A DNA stretch of 63,513 nucleotides, filler included, from Octopus bimaculoides (GCF_001194135.2; 9 parts of 8 records of this genome joined end to end with filler, not necessarily neighbours in it), one strand, 5' to 3'; shown: positions 38,881-52,057, numbered from the whole stretch's first letter. Made by a program: numbers and translations. Notes: a model not told the origin generated them from the sequence alone.

Positions 38881-39404
38881 AATAATAATAATAATAATAA
38901 TCTCTTCCACTTTGGGCATAAGGCGGGAAATTTTCTAAGGGAGGGATAAGTCGATTACATCGACCCCAGTACCCAACTGGTACTGGGAATTGGGACCTAT
39001 GGTCTTAGGAATCTGAGACGAATATCTTAACCACTTGACCACGCACCTTCTTAATCTCAGTAAAAGAAGGAATTTCAACTCACAATATTACATGTGTCAC
39101 ACTCTATCATAACTTGAAGAAATATTTCCTTTAGTCATATTGTTGGTATTCCAAATCAGTATCACTCAGAGTGTGTATGTGTGTGTGTGTGTGTGTGTGT
39201 GCGTGCGCGTGTGTTTGTGTGTGTGTATGATTAAAAATTGTACACCCCCCCAAAAACAAAAGACTGAGACAGGGGAGGGAACAACAAACAAGGCGTATTA
39301 GCTCGATGCTCAAGAAAAATGGAAGAGCCTTTGACGTTTCGAATCTACACTCTTAGAAAGGAATGAGGAGAGAAAACAGATGGAGAGAGGAACCAAACGG
39401 AGAG

Positions 39405-39463
<59 letters not shown>

Positions 39464-39563
39464 NNNNNNNNNNNNNNNNNNNNNNNNNNNNNNNNNNNNN
39501 NNNNNNNTTAATTAATTAANNNNNNNNNNNNNNNNNNNNNNNNNNNNNNNNNNNNNNNNNNNN

Positions 39564-39915
39564 GAATTTGGCATTGTCCGCAATAGCCGAGTTCCGGTGG
39601 GTCAGGTACTTGGAGGCCATAGGTTTTGTATAGTGTGAATGGAGGATTCTGGTTTTATTGTTCTTAGTTTCTAGCCAGAGTTCAGTATCTAATACAGGTA
39701 ATCTATGGTTAGGGTGTTTAGTAGGGTAGTCTATCGTAACTCTAATACTCTGGTGGATGGAGTTAGCTATTTGCTGGATGCTCTCCATAGTCTTAGTTTC
39801 TATTTCTATTTCAGGGGTACTCTCTTGTGGGGGTGTCTTTACCACTAAGTTGATATCATCGACATATCGAGAGTACACATTCACGAGTATGGAGTTCTGT
39901 GTCAGGCGTTCCTTA
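39564..39915 (-). mobile_element. Penelope-like element, RT C-terminal part (copy 1), running into a gap
   Basis: KERLTQNSILVNVYSRYVDDINLVVKT...IDYPTKHPNHRLPVLDTELW...HYTKPMASKYLTHRNSAIADNAKF; 7 differences in ~305 nt versus 58851-59162. Confidence 0.9.
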
Positions 39916-40194
39916 TATATATATATGCGATACAACATCCCCTTTTCGTCTTGAGAAAACAAAGCATCAGAACGCAGGACCTGGCACCAGTCCTGCTCCT
40001 CCCCAGTTCAACATCAGGACCATACACACACACACATATATTTTATTTTTATTCATTTCAGCCATGCGGCCGCAGTCATGCTGGAGCAAGTAAATATATG
40101 GACAGATATGTTGTAAAACGGTCTTTGGCCACTGTTGTATCTGTCTTTTGACGACAATTGTCGTTCTGGCCGATATTGTTATATTACGAAGCAG

Positions 40195-41810
40195 GCTTAC
40201 CGAACCTGGGACTATTGTACCAAATTCGGTACTTTTGGTGTGCCGTAATACTTTTGGTACTACACTGCATTGATTTAGTACTGTTTTGAAATATTTTCGC
40301 TTTATGTAAAGAAATAAGTCTACAGCGTATTTAGGTGAAAAATGTAACAATAAATACATTACATTACTATTGGACTAACTAACTTATATCAATATATATT
40401 TTGCAAGATTTATATTACGAGGCAGTTTATAGCTGATTGGTAGCTAGGTGGTATAGAACGTGTACAACACGTATATCATACGCACCATCCAATATCGCTG
40501 GCTTGCCGCCTCTAATGCTAGTCAGTAGCTTGTTTTATACATAAGTGACAAGTGCTTTCTTACTATCTCGTTAAACTTTTATCAATTACGAGTGGTTTAT
40601 AACCCTTACGACGAGTAAGAATATGAAAGATAAACGCAGTGATGAACTCGACTTAGGTTTAACTCCGCCAAAGAAAAGAATTAAACAATATAATCATAAA
40701 TTATCGAACAAACTTTTATTGGATTCTCGTTTTTTATCATGGTTAGAACCAAGCAAAACAAATATGGAAAGAGTATATTGTAAATTTTGTCGTTAAATTC
40801 CAGTCAGTTTAACTCATCTGAGAGACACGGAAACACGGATAAATATGTTAAAATTGTTTCAGAATGTAAAAGTGGAGAACTGACCGTCTTTTTGCAACCA
40901 ACAACTTCTGTTCACATTACAAACGTAGCAGCTTAAGCTTTGTTCCTTCATTGCAGAACATAACTTGACAATGAGGCTTATGGATCATTTACCGGGACTA
41001 ATTCAGAATGCATGTCCTGATTCCAAAATAGCAAAAGATATTAAATGTGCAGGAACCAAAACTACTCAAATATATAAATGTTTTAGGCCCTTATTACTTT
41101 GAAAAGCTCATTAAACAGTTCAAAGAGTACAAGTTTTCATTAATTGTTGATGAAACTATTGATGTATGTACAAAAAAAAAGCTTGTTCTGTTTGCTAGAT
41201 TTTATGATTGTAGTTCTCAAAATATTATTGATGGTTATTTAATTCTTTTGGAAGCCAAGGATTGCTCTGCTAATGGAATTTTTTTCCTTTATTGAAAGAT
41301 TCTTCACCTTACATGATATTCCTTTTGAAAATTTGATTGGATTTGCCAGTGACAATGCTAGTGTAATGATGGGACAGAAGGGAGGTGTGCAGGCATTACT
41401 GAAGAACAAATCTCCATCTCTGTTTAGTTAGGTTGTGTTTGTCACTCTATGCATATCTGTAAATCAAAGGCATGGTCAGAATTACCTTCATATTTAGAAA
41501 AGCTTGATAGAAGCATATATTCATTCCTCTCAAATAGCTCCCAAAGACTGCAGGAATATGAAGAATTTCAGGCATTTACTCAAACAAATTTTCATAAATT
41601 ATCACATGTAAGTTGTACAAGGTGCCTATCCTTAGAAAAGTTGTCAAAATAATTTTAGAACAGTGACCTGCTCTAGTGCTATTCTTTATTACTGCTGCTA
41701 TTGGAGAGAGCAACGGTGCAGCTTCAAATGTGCTGAACTCATTAACAAATCCAAACACAGAGATGTATGATGCCTTTTTAGCATATATTTCTAATACCAC
41801 TTATTACTGG
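40195..41810 (+). mobile_element. hAT transposase pseudogene (Tip100/ZNF862-like), 3'-truncated by (GA)n
   Basis: ATG at 40623. FLSWLEPSK...VYCKFC (BED/TTF-like finger), FSLIVDETID, GFASDNASVMMGQKGGVQALL, CVCHS (CxxH) and TRCLSL. Several stops and frameshifts. A possible left terminus caggcttaccgaac lies at ~40195. Confidence 0.85.
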
Positions 41811-41849
41811 GAAGGATGTACAGTTTCACTATACAACAAAATATATATG

Positions 41850-41913
<64 letters not shown>

Positions 41914-42544
41914 AAGGGGGAGAGGGAGAGAAAAGAGAAAGAGAAGGAGAGAGACAGACAGAAAGAGACAGAGACAGAGAAAGAGACATAGGGAAAATAC
42001 TAGAAATTCGTCTTCAATATCAAAGTGAATTTGACGCGTGTAACACACATTGGAAAATGAAGAGAAGCGTTGGAGGAAGATTTACATTCAGAAAAAAGAA
42101 GAGAAAGAACTATATACATATATACATACACATAAACATTTACACATAAGATCTTTGATATTATCACGTTTGATATACGTGAGTTAATATTTCATTTAAA
42201 ACTGAGAGACAGAGACAGAGACAGACAGACAGACATACAGACAGACAGACAGACAGAGAATGGGGGATATCAAAGTTTACTTCGTTGTTGAAAGATCGTC
42301 CTTCTAAGTGTCATCAATTTTAATTTGTCTCCGTGTTTTTAATATGAACTTTCTTTTTTAATTAATATTAGAAAGTTATTGCATACGATATTACCCTCAC
42401 CTAATTTCATAATTTTTTTTTTCAATTGAAAGAAAATGATTAGTGTGGGGAAAGAAATTATCATGTTTCGTTTAATAATAATAATAAAAAACATCAACAA
42501 CAACAATAATAATAATGATAATGATTATAATGGTTAAAATAACA

Positions 42545-42587
<43 letters not shown>

Positions 42588-43443
42588 CAACAATAACAAC
42601 AACATGAACACAAGCAATAATAATAAAATAAAAATAGTTTCTTTATTAACNNNNNNNNNNNNNNNNNNNNNNNNNNNNNNNNNNNNNNNNNNNNNNNNNN
42701 NNNNNNNNNNNNNNNNNNNNNNNNNNNNNNNNNNNNNNNNNNNNNNNNNNNNNNNNNNNNNNNNNNNNNNNNNNNATATATATATATATATATATACATA
42801 TATACATATGCATACATATACACACACACACACACACATACATATGTGTGTATATGTATGTATGTATTGATATATATATATATATGTATGTATACATATT
42901 TATATATATGTACAGAAATATGTAGCTATATTATACATATACACACATGCACACGCACATATATAAAAAGCAAATTAGGTAGTTAAGAAAAATTTCTATA
43001 AGAGATGAAAGCAGTATCTATACAGAGAAGTAATGATTGTTGACACTTAAATATGGCTGTTCCCAAGGAACGGTCGTTACTGCCATTTTTTAACCCTAGG
43101 ATGACATCTTTTCTAGCTGGTTAATCGGTGCAATCTGCACACAATATATATTGCAAACGGGAGATAAGCCTTGTCATCACCTGCTAGCAGCTCGGCAAAA
43201 GAGAAAGACAGAACAAATAAGAAAGATAAAAATTGTATCACTCGGGCGTTTTGTTCGACTAAACACTCCAAGTAGTGCCCCAGCATGGCTGAAATACAGT
43301 TCATCCAAAGAGTTGTTTCAAAAATATTTAGACGATTATTTTTGCACCTATTTTAATTAGCTTTCGCTGATGAAATACAAAACGCAGACTCATATGGATA
43401 TTCATGTATCAAAACAATATAATACTGAAAAACTTGCAGTATA

Positions 43444-44273
43444 CGAGGCCTAATCAATAAGTATCCGGACTGTTCCCATAGGAACGAAGCTAAGGCACGC
43501 AGAGTAAAGCCGCTTGGCATAGATTGACCTAGAATTCTGTTGTACATGCTCACTATGCTTCAACGTTCTAGCTCATTTCCGCTGTTTACAGCAGTACTTA
43601 GAAGGAACGTGCGTAGCGTGTGATCATCGCATTGACCATAACAGAGAAAGTTGTCATGGCGATACTCGCTCAGAAGCCTACGCAAAGTTGCAGAAAGTGT
43701 ATGGAGAAGAGTGTATGAGCCGCACCCAAGTGAACGAGTAGTATGGACGTTTTCAGGATGGCAGAAAATATATCGTTATTGACGAACGTTCTGGGAGACC
43801 CGAAACTAGGAGAACTGAGAAAAACATCGCTTATGGTCGTGCAGCTGTGAAGAGAAATCATCAAATCCTCGTAAAATTTAGCTATGAGACGCCTGTCTAC
43901 CAAGTTTCTGCCAAAACTGCTTTCAGCTGACCAAATATACACTCGGGTTTCATTTCCACAAGATCTCCTTTATTATGTCGAGGACAACGCGAACTTTTTG
44001 AAAACTTTGCGTAGGCTTCTGAGCTGGTATCGCCAAACTTTTGGTAAAATTTGACGCAGATTCTCTATTGAACGTTCTCTGTCATGGTCAATGACACACG
44101 CTACACGTTTTCCTTCCAAGCACTGCTGTAAACAGCGGAAGTTAGCTAGAATGTTAAAACTAAGTGCGCATGCACAGCAACGTTGACGGTCAGCGTGTGC
44201 CAAGCGGCTTTACTCTGCGTGCTTTAGCTTCGTTGCTATGGCAACAGTCCCGACATTTATTGATCAAACCACG
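43444..44273 (+). mobile_element. Non-autonomous mariner derivative with two left ends
   Basis: TA-flanked. The forward arm carries TIR, 5' UTR and SEAYAKLQKVYGEECMSRTQV...MRRLSTKFLPKLLSADQ...EDNANFLKT. The reverse arm carries TIR, 5' UTR and the first ~22 codons (RICVKF...SEAYAK). Confidence 0.85.
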
Positions 44274-44596
44274 TATATTACAATCCCACGTGCACGCATA
44301 GAAGTGCGTGCATGCACACACATATATACAATATGCATACACACACATACACGCACACACGCACACACGCATACGCACATGTATAAATATATATGAGTAA
44401 GTGTATTTAGCAATATATATTATGGATATGTTACTGTTTAGCCCTAGGCAGAGCAAAAAAATGTTGTTTTAAAAAACACACTTGCAGATATACAAGTGAA
44501 ATACACCTGCAACAAATATCACTATCAAAATAAAAAGCAATCTTAGATATAAGTGTAAGTATACATACACACAAATATATACATACATACATGTGA

Positions 44597-44901
44597 TGGC
44601 ACTCCGTCGCTTACGGCGTCGTGGGTTCCAGTTGATCCGATCAATGGAAGAGCTTGCTCATGAAATTAACGTGCAAGTGGCTGAGCACTCCACAGACACG
44701 TGCACCCTTAACGTAGTTCTCGGGGATATTCAGCGTTACACAGTGTGACAGGACTGGCCCTTTAAATTACAAGCACAACAGAAACAGGAAGTAAGCGTGA
44801 GAGAAAGTTGTGGTGGAAGAGTACAGCAGGGTTCACCAGCATCCACTGCCGGAGCCTCGTGGGGCTGTAGGTGTTTTCGCTCAATAAACACTCACAACGC
44901 C
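44597..44901 (-). mobile_element. SINE type C, 5' end lost in a gap
   Basis: Reverse complement of ~33570-33874. Confidence 0.85.
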
Positions 44902-45477
44902 NNNNNNNNNNNNNNNNNNNNNNNNNNNNNNNNNNNNNNNNNNNNNNNNNNNNNNNNNNNNNNNNNNNNNNNNNNNNNNNNNNNNNNNNNNNNNNNNNNN
45001 NNNNNNNNNNNNNNNNNNNNNNNNNNNNNNNNNNNNNNNNNNNNNNNNNNNNNNNNNNNNNNNNNNNNNNNNNNNNNNNNNNNNNNNNNNNNNNNNNNNN
45101 NNNNNNNNNNNNNNNNNNNNNNNNNNNNNNNNNNNNNNNNNNNNNNNNNNNNNNNNNNNNNNNNNNTGTGTGTGTGTGTGTGTGTGTGTGTCTATATATG
45201 AAAAACGATCAAAGATCCCACATTTGCACCCGAGAACAGCAAAAAAAAAAAAGCGCTTGTATGTTGTAGTTTATGGAGAAGACGGTAATCGTATCTACGT
45301 GAAGAACCAACATGCAAGGCGAATATGCGCTGGAAAAGTAAACAAGAAGGAAGAAATAATGATAAATGGGAGAGATAGAATATGAGATAGAATATGACAC
45401 GCTCCAATTGTAGAAGGAAATATTTTAAAATTTACCTGGATCTACTTGCAAAAAAAAGAAAGAAAAAGAAATATGTA

Positions 45478-45895
45478 CGAATTGGCTGTGTGGTAAGTAG
45501 CTTGCTTACCAACCACATGGTTCTGGGTTCAGCCCCACTGCGTGGCACCTTGGGCAAGTGTCTTCTACTATAGCCTCGGGCGGACCAAAGCCTTGTGAGT
45601 GGATTTGGTAGACGGAAACTGAAAGAAGCCCATCGTATATATGTATATATATATTATATGTACGTGTCTGTATATGTTTGTGTGTTTGTGTTTCTCTCCC
45701 CCCAATATCGCTTGACAACTAATGCTGGTGTGTTTACGTCCGTAACTTAGCGGTCCAGCAAAAAGATTTTGATAGAATAAGTACTACGATTACAAAGAAT
45801 AAGTCCTGGGATCGATTTGCTCGCCTAAAGGCGGTGCTCCAGTATGGCCACACCAAATGACTGAAACAAGTAAAAGAGAAAAGAGTAAAGAGTAT
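45478..45895 (+). mobile_element. SINE type A, full length
   Basis: ggctgtgtggtaagtagcttgcttaccaaccacatgg...caaatgactgaaacaagtaaaagag. Confidence 0.9.
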
Positions 45896-46082
45896 ATANN
45901 NNNNNNNNNNNNNNNNNNNNNNNNNNNNNNNNNNNNNNNNNNNNNNNNNNNNNNNNNNNNNNNNNNNNNNNNNNNNNNNNNNNNNNNNNNNNNNNNNNNN
46001 NNNNNNNNNNNNNNNNNNNNNNNNNNNNNNNNNNNNNNNNNNNNNNNNNNNNNNNNNNNNNNNNNNNNNNNNNNNNNNNNNN

Positions 46083-46116
<34 letters not shown>

Positions 46117-46369
46117 GCACACAAACACATATATATTATTACTACACTCTGTTGATCTTCTTGCCATGATGTACATGAAAAGTGTGGTCTTGCGTAAACT
46201 AAATTTGTACCTGACGCCTTCGTTTTGTCGTCTATATTTTTGCAAACGGGATATGTCATTTTCTTCTGCTGTACTTCTTAACTTAAATTTTAATGACAGT
46301 AATTTTGTCTCCTATAGCTAAGATTTTTTTTGTAATGCTTTCTAAATTGCTACTAAATTAATTTAAATT

Positions 46370-46580
46370 CGGGATTCAAAGTTTGGCACATAGCCTGAAA
46401 TTTCATGGGAGAATGATAAGTCGATTTCATCCACCCTGTACTCAACTGACACCTATGTTATCCAACCCGAAAGGATGAAAGACAAATCGATCTCTGTGGA
46501 ATTTGAACTAAGAACATAAATACACATGAAATGCCGCTAAGCATTTTGCCCGCTGAGCTAACGATTCTGCCAGTTCGTTG
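46370..46580 (-). mobile_element. SINE type B
   Basis: ccgaaaggatgaaagacaaatcg...atgccgctaagcattttgcccgctgagctaacgattctgccagttcg. Confidence 0.8.
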
Positions 46581-46878
46581 CTTTTATGAGGTTCACTAAA
46601 TATATTTTCTCAATATGCACGAATGAAAATGTGGAAATGTCTAATACGTCTATGCTTGTTCTATACCATACGATAATCTTATATAATGACATCAGAATCG
46701 TGAATGAATTAGAAATTAAATAGGACACTTTATAAATTTGAAGCCAAGCTAAGCAAAGGCACAAAATGAATCACCCGCAGCCATACCACTGAGTAAGTGT
46801 TATGTCGTAGACAACAGGGATAACGATAACACGTAATGCTTTGGACTGATTCTCCATATTCAATTTGTACATCTAAAG

Positions 46879-47491
46879 CAGTAGTCCATAAGGTCCTTGA
46901 GGGATATCAGATTTTTAGGGCTCGTATAAGATTTTAGGGGTCTACGTAACAAAATAGTGAATTGGGGATACACATAAGTATTTTATGGGCTTCAAAAAAA
47001 TTTTGTTTTAGACGTATATATTAGTACGTATTGTGGAGGCACGTGGCTTAGTGGTTAGGGTGTCAGCACCATGATCGTAAGATTGTGGTTTCCATTTCTG
47101 GACCGGGCGATGCGTTGTGTTCTTGAGCAAAACACTTCATTTCACGTTGCTCCAGTACACTTAGCTGGCAAAAATGATAAAAAGGTGTGATGGACTGGCG
47201 TCCCGTTCAGATGGGGAACACATACGCCATTGAAACCGGGATACCGGGTCTATGAGCGTGGCTAGGCTTTAAAAGGGCGCATTAGTATGTATTGCAAGAA
47301 ACAGTGAGGTTTATTTCTCTAACATTCTACATAATTCAAACTACACAATTCCATGTGTGAAAAACAAAACAGGAATTTTGAAAACAAAAAGGACCTAGAA
47401 AACTCTTTTAAACATCGAATGACTATGGGGATCCACAAAATAAGGTAGTAATCAAAGGTGTCCCTAGATAAAATATACATGAAAACCCCTG
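46879..47491. mobile_element. hAT-like MITE interrupted by a SINE
   Basis: Termini cagtagtcc and gaaaacccctg; flanks atctaaag and (tt)ctctaaag. The 3' part resembles 6220-6302. Confidence 0.6.
47034..47280 (+). mobile_element. SINE type D with a 14-bp TSD
   Basis: TSD attagtacgtattg (47020-47033) / attagtatgtattg (47281-47294). Head tggaggcacgtggcttagtggttagg; CORE-like ttgagcaaaacacttcatttcacgttgctccag. Confidence 0.9.
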
Positions 47492-47993
47492 TTCTCTAAA
47501 GTAACAAACCATGTTTTTAACACTTGTCTGACACAGCAGATTGCTCTATATTTCATAGTTACGTAACAATGGGCTGTACAAAGTCAATATCATGATTTAT
47601 AATGAATTTTATACATCATTCATGTATTATTTGATTTCCTACTGAATTCATACAGGTTATTAAAACCAAAATGATTTCTAGTATATTAATATTTGGTATA
47701 GATGATAAAATAAACGTTTAAGATTTTAAATTATAAAGAAATATTAAATTATATTAATTTAATTAATTAAATTCGACACTTTATAATATGATTCTAACAT
47801 ATATATATATATTATATATATATATATATNNNNNNNNNNNNNNNNNNNNNNNNNNNNNNNNNNNNNNNNNNNNTTAATTAATTAANNNNNNNNNNNNNNN
47901 NNNNNNNNNNNNNNNNNNNNNNNNNNNNNGTGTATCTAGACAGACAGACAGACAGACAGATAGATAGATAGATAGATAAATAGACAAACAGAC

Positions 47994-48065
<72 letters not shown>

Positions 48066-49000
48066 TGATAGATAGATAGATAGATAGATAGACAGACAGA
48101 TAGTTAAAGAGAGAGCTGTTGTAGAAAAAAAGAGACAGACAAACAGACAGAACAGACTGACATGTAGGCAAACTGAAACTGAAACCGACAGATAAATAGA
48201 TAGATAGATTCCTTGACAAATAAGGAGATAGACATGCAGAGAGATAGAGTAAAAGATTCCAGGAACTGGTGCAACAAAATGGCAAACGCAAGAAGAGAAG
48301 TGTATACTGGGTTGGCGTGAAAGGCAAATCTGTCATTTCCCAGTTATTGCAAATCAGATAGTCAGCCACATTACAGGCGAGCATCATATCACGTGCAAGG
48401 GGACGTGCATGCACCTTCCCATTCGGATCTGTTACATGATCATGAATACTATGTCAGCAACGTCATAAGGAGGAGAGAGAGAGAAAGAGAGAGACACACA
48501 CAGAGTGTAGAAGAGTATGTGTGTGTGTGTGCGTGTGTGTGTCGTGCGCGCGCATGTCCAGAGACGCGTGAAAGAAGCTGTCAGCGGCGATTAAGTAAAA
48601 GGTTAGAGGTTGATCCGGCTAATAATGCGTCGGTGGTGCAAGGAAGTCGGCAGCCATGATTGTACGAATCTAACAAAAAAAAAAAAAAATAATAATAATA
48701 ATAATAAATAAATAAAATTAAAAGCCCGCCAAGATTCATCTAGCGCCTGCTGATAACAAGCCTTCATGCAAAGATTAGTATCTACCACGAACCGCGAACC
48801 TTCCTCCACCATCACCAAATTCAATTAATTACTCCAACATCATAGACAAATATTTGTCATTTTTATACCGTGTCTTCCTGCTCTCCTTTGCATACGTATC
48901 TTTCTCTCCATTCCGTAGATATTTCACTTCCTCTTCTGGCTCAAACTCTCCCTCTCCTCTCTTTCCCTTTGCTCTCTCCTCCATCCTCTCTCTATATCTA

Positions 49001-49032
<32 letters not shown>

Positions 49033-49178
49033 ATTATGCATACTCAAGCATAAACATACATAGACAGGCAATATATATATAAATGTATATACAAATATAT
49101 ATATATATATACATAATATGTACATATATATATATGTGTATGTATATGTATGTATGTAAACGTATGCATGTATATATG

Positions 49179-49209
<31 letters not shown>

Positions 49210-49211
49210 GT

Positions 49212-49254
<43 letters not shown>

Positions 49255-49331
49255 CATACATACATACATACATANNNNNNNNNNTACATACATACATACA
49301 TACATACATATATACATACATACATATATAC

Positions 49332-49391
<60 letters not shown>

Positions 49392-49914
49392 ACGTAATTC
49401 TTTTCCTATCTCCACAATTGTAAGTTTCTTTCTCTTCCTCACCACTTCTCTCTTTTACTCGAATTTCTTTTTAATACATTTATCCACCATTTTGTTAAAA
49501 TTTCTTTCAATATATTATCACTTAGTCATTTTATATTTTAACTTTTATCGATTATATCATTTCTTTCCATTTACTCCCTTTGTTCCATTTGTTACTGTTA
49601 TAGCGGCGGCGGTGGCGGGGGGTCCTCTTGTGCTTGTGGATCGCTAACGTTTCTTATGTCTTCTCATTTCTTCTAAACATGACCATATGCTAATCTCACT
49701 CACCACAAATATTACACTCACTGGATATATCATACATCCACATATACACAGACACAAGCATGCAGATATACAAGCAGACTTAAACAAGGCGCACATTCAG
49801 GCATAGAAGCGCATTCGTAAACACAAACACGCGCACACTCAACCAAACTTATCATCGCCATGATCACAACGTCATGTTCAGTATCATCACGATCGCTACA
49901 TCATTATCAATAAG

Positions 49915-50140
49915 AAGGCGAGGCAGTAAGCTGACAGAATCATTAGCACGCCGAACAAAATGCTTAGCGGTATTTCTTCCGGCTTTACGTCCTAAGTTCG
50001 AATTCCGCCAAAGGTCGACTTTGGCTTCCATCCTTTTGGGGATTGATTAAATAAGTACTAGTTAAGCACTGGGGTTCGATGTAATCGACGACCCTCTTTC
50101 TCCATAGTTTCAGGTCTTGTACTTATAGCAGAAAGGATAG
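49915..50140 (+). mobile_element. SINE type B, full length
   Basis: ggcgaggcagtaagctgacagaatcattagcacgccg...aagttcgaattccgcc...gtcgactttggcttccatcc...tcttgtacttatagcagaaagg. Confidence 0.85.
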
Positions 50141-50141
50141 T

Positions 50142-50356
50142 GACCACGGGTGCGACAGATAAGTATTTCACCGTTGTTGCGGCTTGAGAATGTCACGTAC
50201 TCGTGTCACTTCCGAAACGAAATCGAATGAACTAGTCTGAAATATACAAGAATAGTGTATAAACTAATAAAGCCTACATTAGTATGCAAAGAGAGAAGTA
50301 CGTGATACTGAGAAGTGACAACGACGGTGAAACACGTACTTGTCGCTCATGCGGTC
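50142..50356. mobile_element. MITE with ~60-bp imperfect TIRs
   Basis: Left: gaccacgggtgcgacagataagtatttcaccgttgttg...tgtcacgtact. Right (reverse complement): gaccgcatgagcgacaagtacgtgtttcaccgtcgttg...tatcacgtact. Confidence 0.65.
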
Positions 50357-50596
50357 GTGTCTGGAGTGATTTCGTTTCGCCTAACTCTAAGGTATATTGT
50401 GTCTTTTAACACAATACGTCTTCAAGAGCTTTTACTCGGGAGAAAATCGTACCTTTTGACGTTTCAACTACACACATACATTATGTTATATTGATAAAGT
50501 TTTTACTATAGAGTTATTCCTGTAGCATAATTCAAATTCTGTTGTGTTTCGATACTTGTAGTCTATTCCTTACATATACCGAAGCATACAATAGAC

Positions 50597-50754
50597 CAAA
50601 GTTTCCAAACATGTGGTACTAAGAGTCCCAGGGTTGAGAGAATGTTTAGAAACAAATTCAAATTAAACTTCATCTACGGAAAATTTAAGATGTACCAACT
50701 GATTTGACTTTTCATCAAGGTGTTTCTGGACTAATAAAATGTTTCCAAACGCTG
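50597..50754. mobile_element. Small hAT-like MITE
   Basis: 8-bp TSD caatagac (50589-50596) / caatagtc (50755-50762); degenerate TIRs caaagtttccaaac and gtttccaaacgctg. Confidence 0.5.
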
Positions 50755-50959
50755 CAATAGTCTGTTGATCTTATCTTACAATAAGAGAAGTGATATTTAT
50801 TAACAACTTAGTCTTGTGAACGTTGGCATAATTAACAGCATAATTAGGATAGTATCATTACAAAGTACAGCTCTCGTAGGGAATATGATGCATAGAAAGA
50901 AAAAAACAAAATGAAGTAATTTTAAAGAAAGAAATCATTTAATTTAGAATTAGCCAATT

Positions 50960-51085
50960 TGTTGACGTTTGTTTAGTTCCCTGTAATCTAGCAGTTCAGC
51001 AAACGAAACCAATAAAATAGGTACCAGACTTGAAAATAAATACCGGGCTTCTTCAATGTGGTCGCAGTCCTATGACTGAAACAAG
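50960..51085 (+). mobile_element. SINE type A, 3' fragment
   Basis: ccctgtaatctagcagttcagcaaaacgaaacc...gtcgcagtcctatgactgaaacaag. Confidence 0.65.
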
Positions 51086-51180
51086 AAAAAATTAAAAAAT
51101 ACTTTCTTTGCACATAAAATGGAAGGACCACCAAGGCGCTTATAGTTTATTATTATTATCATTATTATTATTATTATTAC

Positions 51181-51238
<58 letters not shown>

Positions 51239-51268
51239 GTTATCATCATCATCATTATTTTATTATTA

Positions 51269-51320
<52 letters not shown>

Positions 51321-51420
51321 NNNNNNNNNNNNNNNNNNNNNNNNNNNNNNNNNNNNNNNNNNNNTTAATTAATTAANNNNNNNNNNNNNNNNNNNNNNNN
51401 NNNNNNNNNNNNNNNNNNNN

Positions 51421-51479
<59 letters not shown>

Positions 51480-51544
51480 ATATATATTTATATACATATA
51501 TATATATATAATATATATTTATATATACATATAATGTTATATAA

Positions 51545-51738
51545 TGTCTGGCAGTGGAATTAAACCTTAGACATTCTTATTGTAAAGGAAATTTCTCAAC
51601 CATTTGGTCATGCCTGCATCCAATTATTTAATTACACTAACATTTTTGCGTATACATAAATATGCTAATATTATGTATTATCCCTAATATTATATATATA
51701 TATATGTATTTATTCATAGACACACAAACACACAAATA

Positions 51739-51808
<70 letters not shown>

Positions 51809-52057
51809 GTATATACACATACATGCACACACACACCCACACACAACATAGACGACGATATCATTGTGACTTGGTATATATGTATAGTTATGTGTGTCTG
51901 AATATATATGAGAGTGTATAATTATATAGAGACACCATATTTATGTATACGCAAACATGTTAGTGTAATTAAATAATAATTGGATGCAGGCATGACCAAA
52001 TGGTTGAGAAATTTCCTTTACAATAAGAATGTCTAAGGTTTAATTCCACTGCCAGGC
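51545..52057. repeat. ~120-bp inverted duplication of a SINE A head plus its upstream flank
   Basis: 51545-51664 is the reverse complement of 51936-52057, with 2 substitutions and a 3-bp indel. The spacer is mostly (TA)n/(TG)n. Confidence 0.9.

Noticed and set aside
39320-39360. Degenerate hammerhead-like word on the minus strand (ctaagagtgtagattcgaaacgtcaaagg); a similar word lies near 50450
   Set aside because: The core lacks G5 and stem II does not pair; at best a dead relic.
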